NCBI GenBank assembly: GCA_000708835.1
Contig: DF237043.1
Location: 148,382 to 212,381 of the forward strand
Direction: 5' to 3'
Source: Klebsormidium nitens
Taxonomy: Eukaryota > Plantae > Klebsormidiophyceae
Length of the DNA stretch: 64,000 nucleotides
Shown here one piece after another: positions 1 through 18,026 of the stretch. The translations under genes and the position numbers were made by a program. Positions within the stretch are counted from its first letter, which is position 1; every line of letters begins with the position of its first letter. The notes beneath the pieces were generated by a model. The model had not been told where the DNA came from and made no database searches. It saw only the letters and a list, made by a program, of their open reading frames with translations.

Positions 1-1384
1 GTGGGGCTCGTGAAATCATTCCTTAGAGGACTGAGCGGAGAAATTCGTGGATGGCTGCCTGATGTCTTTAGACAAGCGCTGACGTCACCCTCCAATCTTC
101 CGGTGGCTGCAGGTCTCGTTCCTGGCGTGGTTTGCTGCTCTGCTGGGCGGCACGCTAGTTGCCATGAAGCTCGTCAAGTGACGTATCTTTGCGAGTCCAC
201 ACTTATGGATTCGTGGTACTCTGTGGTAGTCTGTGATACTTTGAGCGCTTAGTCGCTAGGCACTTTGAGCGCTTAGCAAACGTGGTGTTAAAAGTAGGCG
301 ATGCAGTAGATACGCGATGACAATGGTATGCGGCTGAACGGGCGTTTCAGCGGCGACAAGGTTACCCGAAGGTAGAGCTGGCGGTTTTTAGAACAATGAC
401 TTCGCGTTTGCACAAGGTGGGTTCTGCACAGGAAAGAAGGCCGGAAATGTCAAGAATACGGTTATCTCGACAGGTGGGTAGTCTTGACCTCCCCCCCGTT
501 CGGTGCATCCTTGTCTGGGGGTTTGGGGGAAAGGTACAGTTTGAAGCGAACGATCTGTGGACTAGCTTGAAGGGTGCATCAGTCTCATGGAACATGATGG
601 GCGTCCGCGATGCATGAATTAGTGAAGAGCTGGTGGTATTTGGCATGGCAACATGCATTGCATGGCTTACTTTTTCAGGTCAGATGCCATCCAGCAGAGT
701 GCCCGTATCCATCCGCAAAGTGCCTGTACGTTGTCTCATGATTGACTCCTCGTAACTACAGTAACGGGAACATCATCGGCACAAGAGAAGTGATTGTGGG
801 CTCGTGCACCGAGAAACATGCCGTTAGCTTCGAAGCAAGCAGACGCTTTTTGTAGTATGTGACAACACGCTAGCAGGTTCTGCGCGTGGGCCGTCAGATT
901 GGCCATGCATCATGTCAGATGCTGGGGCAAATAGATCTCCGCATAAGTCTATCCGCACGGCTGCGTGCAATATTGAAGTGTTCAACATCAACGCCTGGAA
1001 CCAGATGCATTTCAGGTAATTTGTAGTGTGATTATGCACGGTAATCTAGCCCGTGCCCACGCTTTTGCATAGGCTGTTGACTATAGCCTATGAAATGAGT
1101 CATCTGTGTCGGCCTGTGAGTCAGGGTTAAGCTTAGTTCACGTCCGCGTGTACCTTTCATGACATACACCAGCGCTTGTGGGACGTCGTGGCTCTCATGT
1201 CACTGGCCGGAGTCATCTTTCTCAGCTAGCATATGATGGCTTGACAACTGGCACCATATAATCCGGCACTTGTCAAATGAAAGGGGTTCTAAAAGATGAC
1301 AAACCCCAATCAGAGTGAAGCTCCGCAGCACGACGTAAAGCAGGAACTCACTGAAAAATTTTCCTTGCTCTTGTCTGCTTATAC

Positions 1385-1711
1385 TTACGCTCTACGTTGC
1401 TCCTCCCGCAGATGCTTAAAGTCCGCGGACAGCTCCTCATCTTGCAAAGACGTTAGCGTTTCCATATTCAATTCTCAAAGACGCACACGCTTTTGTAAGT
1501 TGGTGTCCTCCTCCAATGCCTTGAGCCGCTTCTCCGTCAGTATAGCCCTACCATCTTCTTGTTCCCGTGGTTTTACGGGACGGCATTTCTCCTCCCGTGC
1601 ACGCTTCTTCAGAATTTCCATTTCCGCTTCAAAAAGCTCGAAGAGCTTTTGCGTCGCTTTCAGCTCCTCCACCAGCTCCTCCAGCCGATCATTATATTCC
1701 TCATGCGCCAT
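1385..1711 (-). pseudogene. Degenerate coiled-coil ORF remnant of unknown origin
   Basis: MAHEEYNDRLEELVEELKATQKLFELFEAEMEILKK...KRVRL is followed by an in-frame TGA (1477-1475). The same frame then continues with a similar E/K/L-rich composition (ELNMETLTSLQDEELSADFKHLREEQRRA) to a TAA at 1387-1385. No family recognised. Confidence 0.3.
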
Positions 1712-2425
1712 CCGTGTGATGAGCACTGTGTCAATGGTCACATGAACAAAAAGCAAAAGTCCTTTCCGAAAAGATCACCGCCGGCCCAGGTCGCGTCGGG
1801 TCATCCATGTCGCGGCCGCACCCAGGGTTAGTGAGGGTTTAACACGAGCTCATGCAGATGTAAATAGGCCCGCGGGGCGGCCGCGGCTCTGGCACTTGCT
1901 CTTACTTCAGTTGCATCTTGTAAAACTTACATCAGGCTTGTTTACGTCCGGCATGATCGCTATTAATATGTTCTGGCTGATCATGGATCAACATGTACAA
2001 ACCTAGAAAGGGGCGTGATCATGCAGCGCACATGCAAATGTTATCCCGACCGGACGTGCCTCGTACTGAGCTAGACGTTATCTAGAATTCGCTTGTGCGG
2101 ACATATGTATCTGCTTTTGTGGCCGCCGTTATGTTGCGGACATGTGTACGGTGACTCCGCGCACATATGATGCCGGGCATGTGCTTATAATCGCAAGTCA
2201 GCATGGGTCGGACTGAAAGCAGTTGTCATTTCTGTCACTATATGAGCAACGACTCGTGTGCACAAGTGCGCACAAGTGCAGGCTAGTAATGGGCAGTCAA
2301 TACGCAGATGCACGCTTATGGAGCTGAGAGTGTGTCGAGTGCCGATTGCCACCAGGCACCTTATCGATAGAATGATTACAGGCCCGCCAGCCTTCTTAAC
2401 GAAGTCAGAGTCACTAAGATATCCT

Positions 2426-5400
2426 TCATCCGACTAGCTGAGCCACAGTCTCGTTCTGAGAGCTCGCAGCCTCCTCGTTTGCCGCTTTCTCCCGCATAAT
2501 TGCGAGCCCTTTCTCGCGATTCAACCTATGCCGCTCCTCTCGCTTCTGCGGGTCATTCTTTCTCCTTTGTACCTCTAACCAAATCAGCAGATTCGTTATG
2601 TCGGCCGACCGCACCCCCCCTATCCTAGTTGCCTGGCCGATCGTCAGCGGCCGAATCTTAGTCAGCTTTTCCCGCGCTTCCATGCAGATCGTGCTGATCG
2701 CAAAGTAGTCGATGTTGTCCGGAATTCGTTTGTTTTGCTTGGACGTCACGTTGTCCATCTGTTGCTGCTGCCGCGCTATGAACCCCGAGTACTTGATATC
2801 GATCTCCGCGCATTCCTTTTCTACACTAGAAAGAGCTCCGTTTCCGTACCCGTATTCGTCCAACATGTCGTAGTGCAAATGAGGGCGTCGAAGGACCTCT
2901 TCTAGGGTTACTTTTCGGTTTATGGGCTGTTTCGACTGCTCGATAACGGCTTGGCCCAGGGGCGTAGTTTCCTCGATGCGGGTTGATGCTAACCGCAACT
3001 TTTCCTCAGCAATCCGGCCCTGCTTCTCCTCGAACAGCCGCCATCGCCGTTCATCAATGAGGCCCTGCAAATTTGACAAGGGCACGGGGTTACGGATTGA
3101 CCAAGAAACACCCTTGTGAACCACAGCGTCGAACATTTATACAGTCTACTGTGAGTGCCCACTTCTGCAGTCATACTTGAGGCGTCGAAACAAACAAATA
3201 CCAAGATCAGAGTTGACTGGTGTCGCACGATTGCTGACCTCCCTGCCACGTGCCAAGTCGGAACCAAAAACGTCGGTGCGTCCACTTTGCAAGGCAGTGA
3301 TAAGCAATCTGAACGACTCGGATTGCACGTTTATATAGTCACAATCGTCCAGAGAAGCGCAGTGAATACGTTTTCTGCCACGTCTCAAAGCGGCACGGGG
3401 ACCGTCTGATTATCCCTGTCAGCACACCCCCTTGGAACCTTTGTGGGCTGTCAGATTTGGCAGCGACCGCCCTATCAAGCATCTGATCCAAACGGGATGA
3501 GCAAAGCCTTACAAGCAGAATGTCAACCAGTTCCAGGTTGTCAAACACCGGGAAAAGGGCTCTGACTAGAAAACCTAGAAAAGTGACTGGCCTAGAACAC
3601 TGAGTCATGTTACGTTTGACACCAGGCATCGCCCGAGCCCGTCCTCACCACTTCACGCCCGAGCGGTGTCAGGCGGCAGTCTGCGTTGTCTGACCGCAAC
3701 AGGAGTCGATACTCCGAACGGCTGGTGAGCATGCGGTACGGTTCCCGCAGGTCCTTTGTCACCAGGTCATCGATCAGCGTGCCCAGATAACTGCTCTCTC
3801 GGGGGAGCACCACCAGCGACTTTTTGGCTGCCAAAAGCGCCGCGTTCATCCCGGCCAGGATGCCCTGGGGAAAGGAACAAGCAGATGATGGGGCCTTTTT
3901 AAAGGGGTGGTCGGAACTAGAAACGAAAAGGCAAATTGGACTTTCCGGCGGCCAGAGGGGCTGCGTTTATCACGGCAGAATGCTCTCGAGAGGTGGAAAA
4001 AACCACAGTTGAATTGAGGAGATTGACCAAAAGGAGGAAGAGCTTGGAACGAGAAGAACCGGGGAGGTCAGACGAGGAAACTTCGATGATGGAGGTTGAG
4101 CAGAAGTAGGTGGCATTCCCTGAGCGGCACTCGTAGCCTGCCTGGCAAATTAGGAGATCTTGCAGCCAATCTGGAAAGTTACAGTGAAGCCGCTTACTTT
4201 GAAAGAAATCGGGTCGCTACGGGCACAACAAGCGCAAAGTGAGAAAATAAGATTGAAATTCGCAGAGCCAGCACAGGCAGCAGAGGCTGCCAGAAAGTAC
4301 TTACCTTCTGAGAGTGTTATAGCTTCAAAAAGCAAAAGTTCCGCAAACCAAGCAGCGGCAATAAGCGCCCACCTGCGCGGCCGCCTCCTCATAGCCCGTC
4401 GTCCCGTTGATCTGCCCACTGAAGAACAGTCCCTCCACCTTCTTCGTCATGAGCGTCGGGTGGCACTGGTGCGCCGGCAAAAAATCGTACTCGACTGCGT
4501 ACGCCGGACGGAGCATGGACACGTTCTCGAGTCCGGGAAGCGTCCGGAGAAGCGCCAGCTGGAGGCGTTCGGGTAGGCCCGTGCTGAAGCCTTGCACGTA
4601 CAGCTCGGGCGTGGAACGGCCTTCGGGCTCGAGGAAGATCTGGTGCGACTCCTTGTCCTTGAAGCGCACAATCTGATGGGGCCAGAATTTCAGTGTCAGA
4701 GTAACAACGAAGTCGCAAGGGCCGAAGGTGAGGGGTTGAGTGTCATAAAGATTCTCGAACGCGGCCGATCGTGCGGAACGGGAAGGCTGATCATGGCGAA
4801 AAGGCGGCGCTAATGGTCACCGGCAAAAGATGAAATGCTGCTATAGCTCTTTCCGACCAATCCCCTAGAACCTCTATTCAGCAGCAGACTGACCGACTCA
4901 CTCTAGTAATCACACCAAAACTAGGAAGTTGGTTGGAAATTAGTTTTCACCTCAACGGATACATAAGAGTTGCAGAAAGCTGACACCTTCAGAGCGCCCC
5001 TTCCTGTACAACGTCCGATATATAGACGCAAAGATGATGCCGAGAAGAAGAGCTTTCGGATGAGTAACTACTCGTTATGCTCTTTGCCCCTCGATTCTGT
5101 TCACTTCGCTGCCTTCAACTCTTGGAATCTCAATCACCGCTCAGCCCTTTCCACGACTCTCACCTTATCCTCAATAGACGGGCAGTAGCGTGGCCCCTTC
5201 GCATCCACCCACCCGCCATACGTCGGCGTCTCGTGCAAGTTATCCTCGATCAGCTTATGTGTTGCCGCCGTAGTTCTCGTCAGCCAACAGCTCATTTGTT
5301 CCAGCTCTTGATGCGCCTCCGGGTCGAAGCTGAAATAACGTAGTTCGTCGTCTCCGGGCTGTTCCGTCAGGTGCCGGAAGTCGACGGTGCGCACGTCGAC

Positions 5401-7767
5401 GCGGGAGGGAGTGCCCGTCTTGAGGCGGTCGGTCTCGAAGCCGAGGCTCTGGAGGTGCTCCGTGAGGCCCTGTAGAGACAAGTGTGAGCAAACGAACTCA
5501 GGTACGATAAAAGCTCAAATGAGTGGAAACTTTCCAAGGATACCTACAAGAGGCTAGAGGCGATACGAGCGGGGAACAACCCGAGCACAGGTTTAAGGTT
5601 GTGACCAGCAGCTCAACGGCACCGCGTCAACATTATTTGACATGCCAAAGTTGCATTAGCAACAGGGACGCTTTGACACCCAAATTCAACTGTAACAGTG
5701 CTATCAAAAGCTTTCTTCCGTTTCGTTCAAATCCGTGTCCACTTTCTTACAGACAATGTACCCACCTGCCGCATAGACCCGCAAAGATGCCAGGGAAAAT
5801 CCGACCCTTACATGGACTTGCACCCGCGAAAAATTAGTATTCTAATCCCCAGACTCCGCATGCTTACCACGGAGGCCCCTTCTCCTGCCCGGCCCGCCGA
5901 CATCGACTTGCGCCCCACCCAGATGGTGCCGTTCATGAACGTCCCGGTGGTTACGACCACCGCCGGCGCCAAAAAGTCCATTCCGAAGAAGGTCTTGACG
6001 CCTTGCACCTCGTCGTTAGGGCCCACAATGAGCTCGGTGGCCATTGCTTCGCGGATGAACAGATTCGGCGTGCTGCAGGGGGACCGAAAATGAGCAGTCA
6101 GACACTCGGAACCAGGTTCCGACAAGGTATGCGTCAGATGCTTGGGCTAGTCAAGAGCTGAGAACTCGGTTGAAACTTTGACCAACTTCTAAAGTGGTAT
6201 GCAAGAAAAGTGGGAAGGCGAAACGGAGAACAAACGTAGATAAACACAAGGCCTGAAGTGCTGCATCATCCAAATAGTGAGTCATTTTGGCCCCTAACGA
6301 TTATTAGTAACATTCTTTGAAATCTTTACCATCTGACATACAAAACCGTTCAGGAGGGTGAATAGAAGCGGGTGTGCACGTAATGAAAGAGCTGGAAGTT
6401 TGAACTTCGCATCTCCAGCTGCCGCATCACAAGCAAGGCGGCCAGACCACAAACGGATCTTGGTGAAGTCGATGATGGTACCAGATTTACGGCAATGTGA
6501 GAAAGATCTGCAACATGTTGAGTGGGCCTCACTTCTCTACAACTGTGCGCATCTCCTGTGCGTACTGCTTCTTGTCCGTCTGTGCTCGCAGCGCCCACAC
6601 GGCAGGCCCCTTGGAGCGGTTCAGGATGCGCTTCTGAAGGTACGTTTTGTCGGCCATTCTGCCAATCTCGCCCCCAAGGGCGTCCACCTGATAGAGAAGC
6701 AGAGTGCTTCAGCTTGGGCTCTCTTGGTGATCTGATGTTTCCTCTCGTCAGTGCGATGCACTGAGACGTTGGCCAAGGGATGCAAGCAGAACCGATGGCA
6801 CTGGGTTCAGGCTTTCCCGCAACTTCGAAGAGATGGGAAAACATTGCTTGCAATCTCTTTTCACAGGGGCACAGTATAACAATGCACCTTAGGAGCCAAT
6901 TTCAATATTTGCAGAAAGTGCCAAAGAACGAGCGCATTGCAGGATCATAAGAGCGTGACGTACCTCATGAACCAGCTGGCTCTTGGCAGGCCCCCCGACG
7001 GCCGGGTTGCACGGCTGCCAAGCAATCCTGTCAAGATTGAGCGTCAGCAGGAGCGTTCGCGCCCCCATCCTCGCAGCCGCAAGCGACGCTTCGCACCCTG
7101 CGTGACCACCTCCCACTACAATTACGTCGAACCTCTCCTCATCAGACAGAAACGTTGGCGGTTCTGGCTTGACCCCTGTTTCCGAGGAAGGAAAGCTGCC
7201 AGCAACTGTGCTTGCTTCTGGAGAAGTTCGGGTCGTGTCGGAGGGAGTGGAGGATGAATCATGAGGGGGAGGTTCGGCGGGGCGGCCGGATGGCCCCGCA
7301 GGCTCTGTACCGGTCTGCCCGTCTGCGCGGAGGTTCCACCCACGAGCGCTGACGTCATCGCTGACTGCATGGGTGGCAAAGGACCTGACCGCAGGCCTTA
7401 TTTTTGTGGCAGGCTCCTCTGAGAGCATCTGTCTGCTGGCTTCAAATGATGAGAAAGAGTGCAGTTTGGCTGGGGACATATGCTGGCGGCATTGAAGGCC
7501 ACATGCTTCTCCCCAAACCCTAAAACTGCCGCTGCTGAGCGTGGTGATTCGTGCTTGAACCTGCAGCTTTCTTTTTGAAAGGAAAGAAGAGTTGACAGGG
7601 CAGCTTGACACAATCGAACCTTCCAACAACGAGGCGTGCTTTGCAAGCCGAGGTTGCTGGGCGCCGGGGCCCTTGCGAGCGGACAAAGACGCCATGCTGT
7701 TCACCAATCGTCTTGCACAGCCCCTCACCGCTGGAGAACGCAGAGAGATGGCTTGCATACCGTCCAT
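2426..7767 (-). CDS. mnmG: tRNA uridine 5-carboxymethylaminomethyl modification enzyme MnmG/GidA, plastid/cyanobacterial type, 7 exons
   Basis: Exons 7767-6964, 6687-6533, 6072-5868, 5469-5164, 4672-4373, 3864-3649 and 3064-2426, all GT-AG and in frame. Motifs: [93 protein letters not shown] long Ser/Arg/Ala-rich N-terminal extension resembles a transit peptide. The start ATG (7767 or 7758) is uncertain. Confidence 0.95.
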
Positions 7768-8363
7768 TTGCAGAACGCCCTCAACAATTGTCCGCCATTT
7801 GCAACGAAGTCTGCTCGACCATTTTTGAAGTGGAAGTTCATCAGTTCCCCAGCCGCCAGCCAATGAAGGCAGATCCGATTGTGCACGGGAATGCTTGGCC
7901 GCTAACTGGATCATTACCGCTCTGTGTCTAATTGCAGAGAACGGTATCTCGGAACTCCACAATCCCGGCCGGACACTCGATGAATAGGTCTGAAGCGTGT
8001 CTGATAAGTGGGGACCGGCACGTTCCGGCAACTTCCGGCCAGGCTCTGAGCTAGCAAATTTCTCTCTTCGGTTGTGATGCGGTATGCACCTTCTCTCTAG
8101 TTGCTCCTCCTGGACCAGCTCAGCGCTGTACATGCTGAGCTGCGGCCGGGGACCTCAGACGTCACATTGTCCTTTCCTAGACGTCACATGGTGTTCTTCC
8201 TCCTGTTCCTCAGGTGCTCCTGCAGTTGAAGAAAGGCAGAAAGCAAGGACGTGGCAAGGAGGAGGCCCGGCGAAACGAAGGTCAGTTTTGCCCTGAGAAC
8301 GAGCTCTGGTCAATGAGACATGGGCGCTTAATCCTTTCGCTTGGCAGAGCGGCGAGATTGAGA

Positions 8364-11300
8364 ATGGCCAGCGAGAAGGTCAGCAGTGGGGCCTTGGCTG
8401 CAGGAGCTGGTGCACCAGCTCACCACGTGCCTGGAGGGGAGGGCTTCCGCAACCCTTGGCCTTCGTTCAATCAAAAGCAGGGACTGCTTGTGTTTGGAAA
8501 GCTCATGCTTCAGGTGAGGCTGCGTGATTCCTGCATCAGAAGACAGCCTGCATCTTTGATTCCACGCAAGCATCGCGTCTTCTGTGGAGGCAGAGGCTGA
8601 TTAGCTGCTGGTTCCTGTCTTCTGATGGCAGAGATGACTTGTCAGCTGCTCTTTTCTTCTAGCTTACAATCTGACCAGTGCATTGAGAAAATGGAAGGGG
8701 GCTTCTAATCCATCAAGATTTGTGCAACTCCAATCTGCACCCCAACTTGTATCTTGGTTCCATCTAGATTATCGATTCAGTGCTTTTTTACGTTTTCCTT
8801 CTCTACTCTCAACAGGATTGGAACAGTAAAACTGCCAAGGTCACCACAGACATGGTCAAAGCCCTGCAACCTGTGGAGCCCGACCTTGAAAAGATTATTG
8901 CTCCTCCAAACAACAAGATTCAGCTTACTTGGATAGGTGAGTGGTGCCAATCATCAGGCGGCTCCGCCATCTTGCTCAGCGACTCCACTTGGCTCGCCCG
9001 GTCCCACAAGCGTGTGTCTCGTCCTTTTCTTACCACGTGCATGTTTGGAAGTGAGGGCAGAGAGATCTGTTGGAGCATATGATAGAACACAAATCAAGTA
9101 TGCCCGCTACATTGAGCTTGCTTTGTTATCAACTAGTAGTCAAGGTGGTAGATTCAACTCCACCACTTATCAACTCCTATTCTCTTCAATCTTCACAGGA
9201 CATGCGACATATCTGATGCAAATGGAGGGCCTGACAATCCTGACAGATCCAGTCTGGGGGGACCGTTGCTCTCCCTCAAAGTGGTTTGGACCTAAAAGGT
9301 AAGGAGTCTCGACTTGTGGTTCTGTAAAGTGAGTACTACTTGTACTGTGTTGCAGCGAAAATACAATGAGATCTGAGTAGGATTCTCAGTGGTTGGATTC
9401 CAAATGCATTCTGATATCATGCTTCAGACTCATCCGCAAACTAAGCGTTTGCTTAGCGTTGCAAGCAATTGCAAACTTGATCAGGGTTTCCGTTCTGTTT
9501 CGAGCTTGCAGATCAGCTCCGTTCTTACGATGGCTCTTGCCGTCAATACCTTTCTGGCTCTCCCATTGCAGGCATGTGCAACCCCCTCTCCCTCTCAGCA
9601 AGCTCCCAGAAGTGGACGTCATCTTGATCTCTCACAACCACTACGACCATCTCGATGTGGACACAATCAAGACCATGGGAAACAAGCCCTTGTACCTCGT
9701 TCCCCTGGGCTTGAAGAAGTTCTTCACTGATCTGGGTATCAGCAACGTGGTGGAGCTCGACTGGTGGCAAGAGAAGAAGCTCACCTCCAAGGGAGTCGAA
9801 ATAACTGCCACCTGCACCCCGGCCCAGCACTTCTCGTCAAGGACCGCTTTTGACAGGAATAAGGTGAGCAGAAGTGAGCTGAATTGGGCATACGTTTTCC
9901 TCTTCCCTCTCTTTCCTCATGATCGTGAAGAGGTCTGTGCAAAGCTCGTTTCACCATTATACTACTGTTCAGTTATCACTTTAGAAGTGATTCGGCTCGT
10001 TCTCTCTGGCTTATGATTGTCCAGGATTCACTCCGTCGCTGTGTGAATAGGTTTGCCGTTCTGGATTCATTGTCACCAGTCAAGGATCAAGAAGGTGTCA
10101 CATCTGCCCTCCAATCCGTTATTAGCATGACTGCGAGGAAACTCTTCTCTCGGTCACCGTCACTTCTCAACGTTTAAGACATGCTTCTGCAGACGCTGTG
10201 GTGCTCCTGGGTAGTCCGAGGGCCCAAAAGACGTGTCTGGTTTGGGGGAGACACGGGTTATCGGTCTGTGCCAAAGGAACGAACGACCACGAGTGATCCG
10301 CCTCACGTGCAGAACGGTAAGCAAAACTTCCTTACATGCAGGACGAGGACGGATTTTGAGACTTTTTCTGGTGGCTTGAAAATCACATCTGGAGAATCAT
10401 TTCCTTACTGAATATTGTCCTTTATATAAGTTCGTCGTGTACGTTCTACGGAACTCTGCCGCCCTCAACTTACATCCACTTCCAATCTGAGATGAAGTTT
10501 GTTCTCAGTCTTGCGCAAAGCCATCCTTCACGCTTTGGCTGCCGAAATTTGTTCTCTGCCGTAACATCGCCCCGTTTTTCAGAATAGTAAGATAAAAAGT
10601 AAGATGAAAAGTAACGGTCGAATCTAACGGCGGTTCCACGGACTGCAGAGGGTCTTCCCGTCTGCCCTGCCTTTGCGGAGATCGGCGAGCGGTATGGCCC
10701 CTTCGACGTGGCGCTTATCCCAATTGGTGCCTACGGACCTCGCTGGTTCATGAGCGCTGTGCACTGCTCCCCAGGTACGTGTACACGGGTCACCACCAGT
10801 CTCCTTTTTGTTGCATGCTCAAGCTCTTCTCGTTGCGTGCTTAACGGTTTCTCCGAACACCACCCGCACTATGTCGCTCAACATGGTATTGACCTCTGGC
10901 AAAATGTTTTGCGCATCTTTCAAGACAGTTGAAAGTTAGAAGAGGAGCGAATTCTTGCACACGTCCAATAATACAGGGTTTGATAAGCATGTTTCGAATA
11001 AGGATTGCGCATCGGAGCTTCAGACACGTCAACCTGATAGCTCCTCATGTCCCGTATGCGTGTATCTTGAACCTGTCTGTTCTAATACAGAGGACGCTGT
11101 CGCAGTCCACGTGGACGTCAAGTCGAAGCAATCGGTAGCGATGCACTGGGGCACCTTTTCCTTGACGGACGAGCCGCTCTTGGAGCCTCCAGTACGACTA
11201 AGCAAGGTGAGATGTAGGGCTGTCCGCGCAAAGTGCGGGGTCCCGTCAAGATGTTCACAACGCAACTGCTAGTCAGAATAGGACATGTGCGCCTCGTCAA

Positions 11301-11621
11301 GTAACTACTGCAATCTGCTTGTTTCGTAAACTGCATTCGTGCTGACAGCCTATGATAGCGTACGAAGGACGACCCTCGCTTTTCCAGTCCTTACGAGTCC
11401 TTTGCTCCGTCTCATGGCGCTTCTGAAAACTGTGAAGAATGTTGAAAGATAACGAATCAGTACGCTTTCTCTTCGTGCTTTGCGCAGGTCTCCATGTCTG
11501 GGCATCACAAATGGATCCTAACCCCCGCTCGTTGCCCATACTGCAGGAACTGCAAAGGCTGAGGATTGAGCCAGAGTCGTTCATTGCGTTGAGACACGGG
11601 GAAACTCGTCAATTCGTTTGA
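8364..11621 (+). CDS. Metallo-beta-lactamase-fold hydrolase, NAPE-PLD/FMP30-like, 8 exons
   Basis: Exons 8364-8513, 8816-8936, 9199-9298, 9572-9863, 10193-10316, 10649-10774, 11091-11206 and 11547-11621. Motifs: [69 protein letters not shown]. Confidence 0.9.
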
Positions 11622-12541
11622 TAGCTCAAAATGAAACTTGCACCTGGCTATGTAAATACGGGGTCCTTCGTTCCTGACGTGCATGTTAGTAATATTGGTT
11701 GATCACAGTCTTACTTCTTGATTTATGAAGGAGGTTGTCTGCATCGTATGCTCGAAAGGCTTTTTTGAAAGCGCATGCTTCGACGAAAAGCGCCCCTGGA
11801 TGGACCTGACATGGCTTAATTTTAAACATATGTTTGTAAAGGGCTCTTGAGCAAGACCGACAGAAAGCTTCGGAAGAGCATAGGAGTACTTCTGACCAAG
11901 GGTTGAACGTTGAGAGGATTTGCCCTGCTTCTTCGTGCCTCTTAAAGCTGTACATTGTCGCTGGTGACGCTTTGATTTTGACCCGGAAGTTGTAAGACGC
12001 AGTATGGTCACATGGGTAGAGCGGTTGTAGCGGGCGTTGTAGCTTGTTCCTTATTACTATGGATGTAGCACGTGGGCCTAATTTGCCGTTTGGGTGCTAC
12101 ATAACACTTGAAGGCCATATGCTGGCATGTCGATTGATGCATGCCAGCCGAACGCATCATGTCTCTGGTCAAGTTTCTTATGATTTTACATGGCCTTGCC
12201 GACTGAGAGTTGGGCGCATTACCGTAAACTAATTGACGTACCGTATAGTCTCCAATTCGCGTGCTCTCTTCAGTGCGAGTTAGTGGGTGGGAACGGTACT
12301 ATATGCAAGGCGTAGTCCATTTTGTGTTAATGGTCAAATGAGGGCGACCACGGCGTTAACTTGAAGTCTCGTCCTAGTTGTGAATCTTGGGCAGAATCTC
12401 TCTTCTTTGTGAGATTGCACCAGTTGTTTTGCATGAATTCGGCATTGGACTTGCATGGGACATTATTTTTGTAAGGGAACAGCATTGTCAACATTCAATT
12501 GTCCCCTTTCACCCTACAGATCTACAGCGCACGCAGCCACA

Positions 12542-16880
<4,339 letters not shown>

Positions 16881-17845
16881 AAAGAGGTTTGCCATTAAGA
16901 TTTTTGATATGCGGGGCCGAGTGTCAAGCTTTTATTGGAGCAGCTTTATTTCGTGGGCCTGCCTCGAGGAGGAGTGTGCTATGAGGCTTGCTTTCTAGTG
17001 GCGAGTTCAAAACGCGGTTATGACCAAGAACTCTTACTTACACCCTTTGATTGAAATTTGACTCCCAAAATACCACGTATGTCCGGCTTTCTCAAGTGAC
17101 TGACCTCTCTACATGCTACATGCTATCTGGGGCTTGAGTTCTCATAATAAGTCAGTCAAGCGACTCGACTGCGAGTTTCTACTACCTCAGACCGTTCTGC
17201 ACTACTAGGCTAGCATATGCATTTTCATCATGTTCTGGTGCAATTTGTGTCAGCCGATAACTTAAGCTGCGCGCAAGCCGCATGCTTGGCACATTCACAA
17301 TAATAGTAGAGCGTGTGGAAGCGTTCCGATTTCCGGGCTGCAATACCATGCTGGCAGAATGTTTCAAGATGACGCTGATCTTCAAATCAGAGGGGCCCTT
17401 ATCGCAGACTAGCTTACGAACTTAGCCGACTCCCGGCCCATGGCGGTATTCGGTGCACAATGAATATATATTATGACCGCAGCCCGGCCCGTGAGAGCTG
17501 CGCATGCCGCACTGACAAGCCAGCTCTAGCCAGCGGTCGCGAGCCAGTGGGCCGGCACTGCGTTGCAGTGCAGCCTCATGCAGCCTGGGTATACTATAGC
17601 GCCAGGCCGCGGCTGGCCCGCGCGCGGCGCTCAGTCCGAGTCACTGAGCTCTGAGTGGCCGCGGGAGTACCGTCATATGCGTACGCGTGACTATGCATGC
17701 CATACCTATGCACATGCAGATTGGCTTGCCGCCGCGGCCGGCCATGCTAGCCCCGGCTCTTTTGCTTGCGGCGGCCGGCCGCGCTCATTGCTTAAAACCC
17801 ATCGTTTGCAGAGCCGATGCCTACAACCGTCGATTTGGACAAGGT

Positions 17846-18026
17846 TTCTTGAAGAATCCGCCAGATACTTTCAACGACGTCGATATAGGAGCCTGGAATC
17901 TCATAGACACTTCTAGAACCGTCGATTCCACTGCCACGCGCTTCTGTCGTAACTAGCTTCTTTGCACCGTCCGATAGAGGTCGACATTATAATTGACGGC
18001 TGAGAAGCCCGCTGGCTCGAACCTTC
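17846..18026 (+). promoter_or_regulatory. Putative heat-shock elements upstream of the small HSP gene
   Basis: TTCttGAA at 17846-17853, TTCtaGAA at 17911-17918 and GAAccTTC at 18019-18026. All are inverted nGAAn pairs lying about 250-440 bp upstream of the sHSP ATG. Confidence 0.55.

Noticed and set aside
3061-3270. Possible fourth decayed acceptor duplicate in MnmG intron 6 (near 3234-3270)
   Set aside because: The similarity to the real acceptor region is too weak to distinguish from chance by eye.
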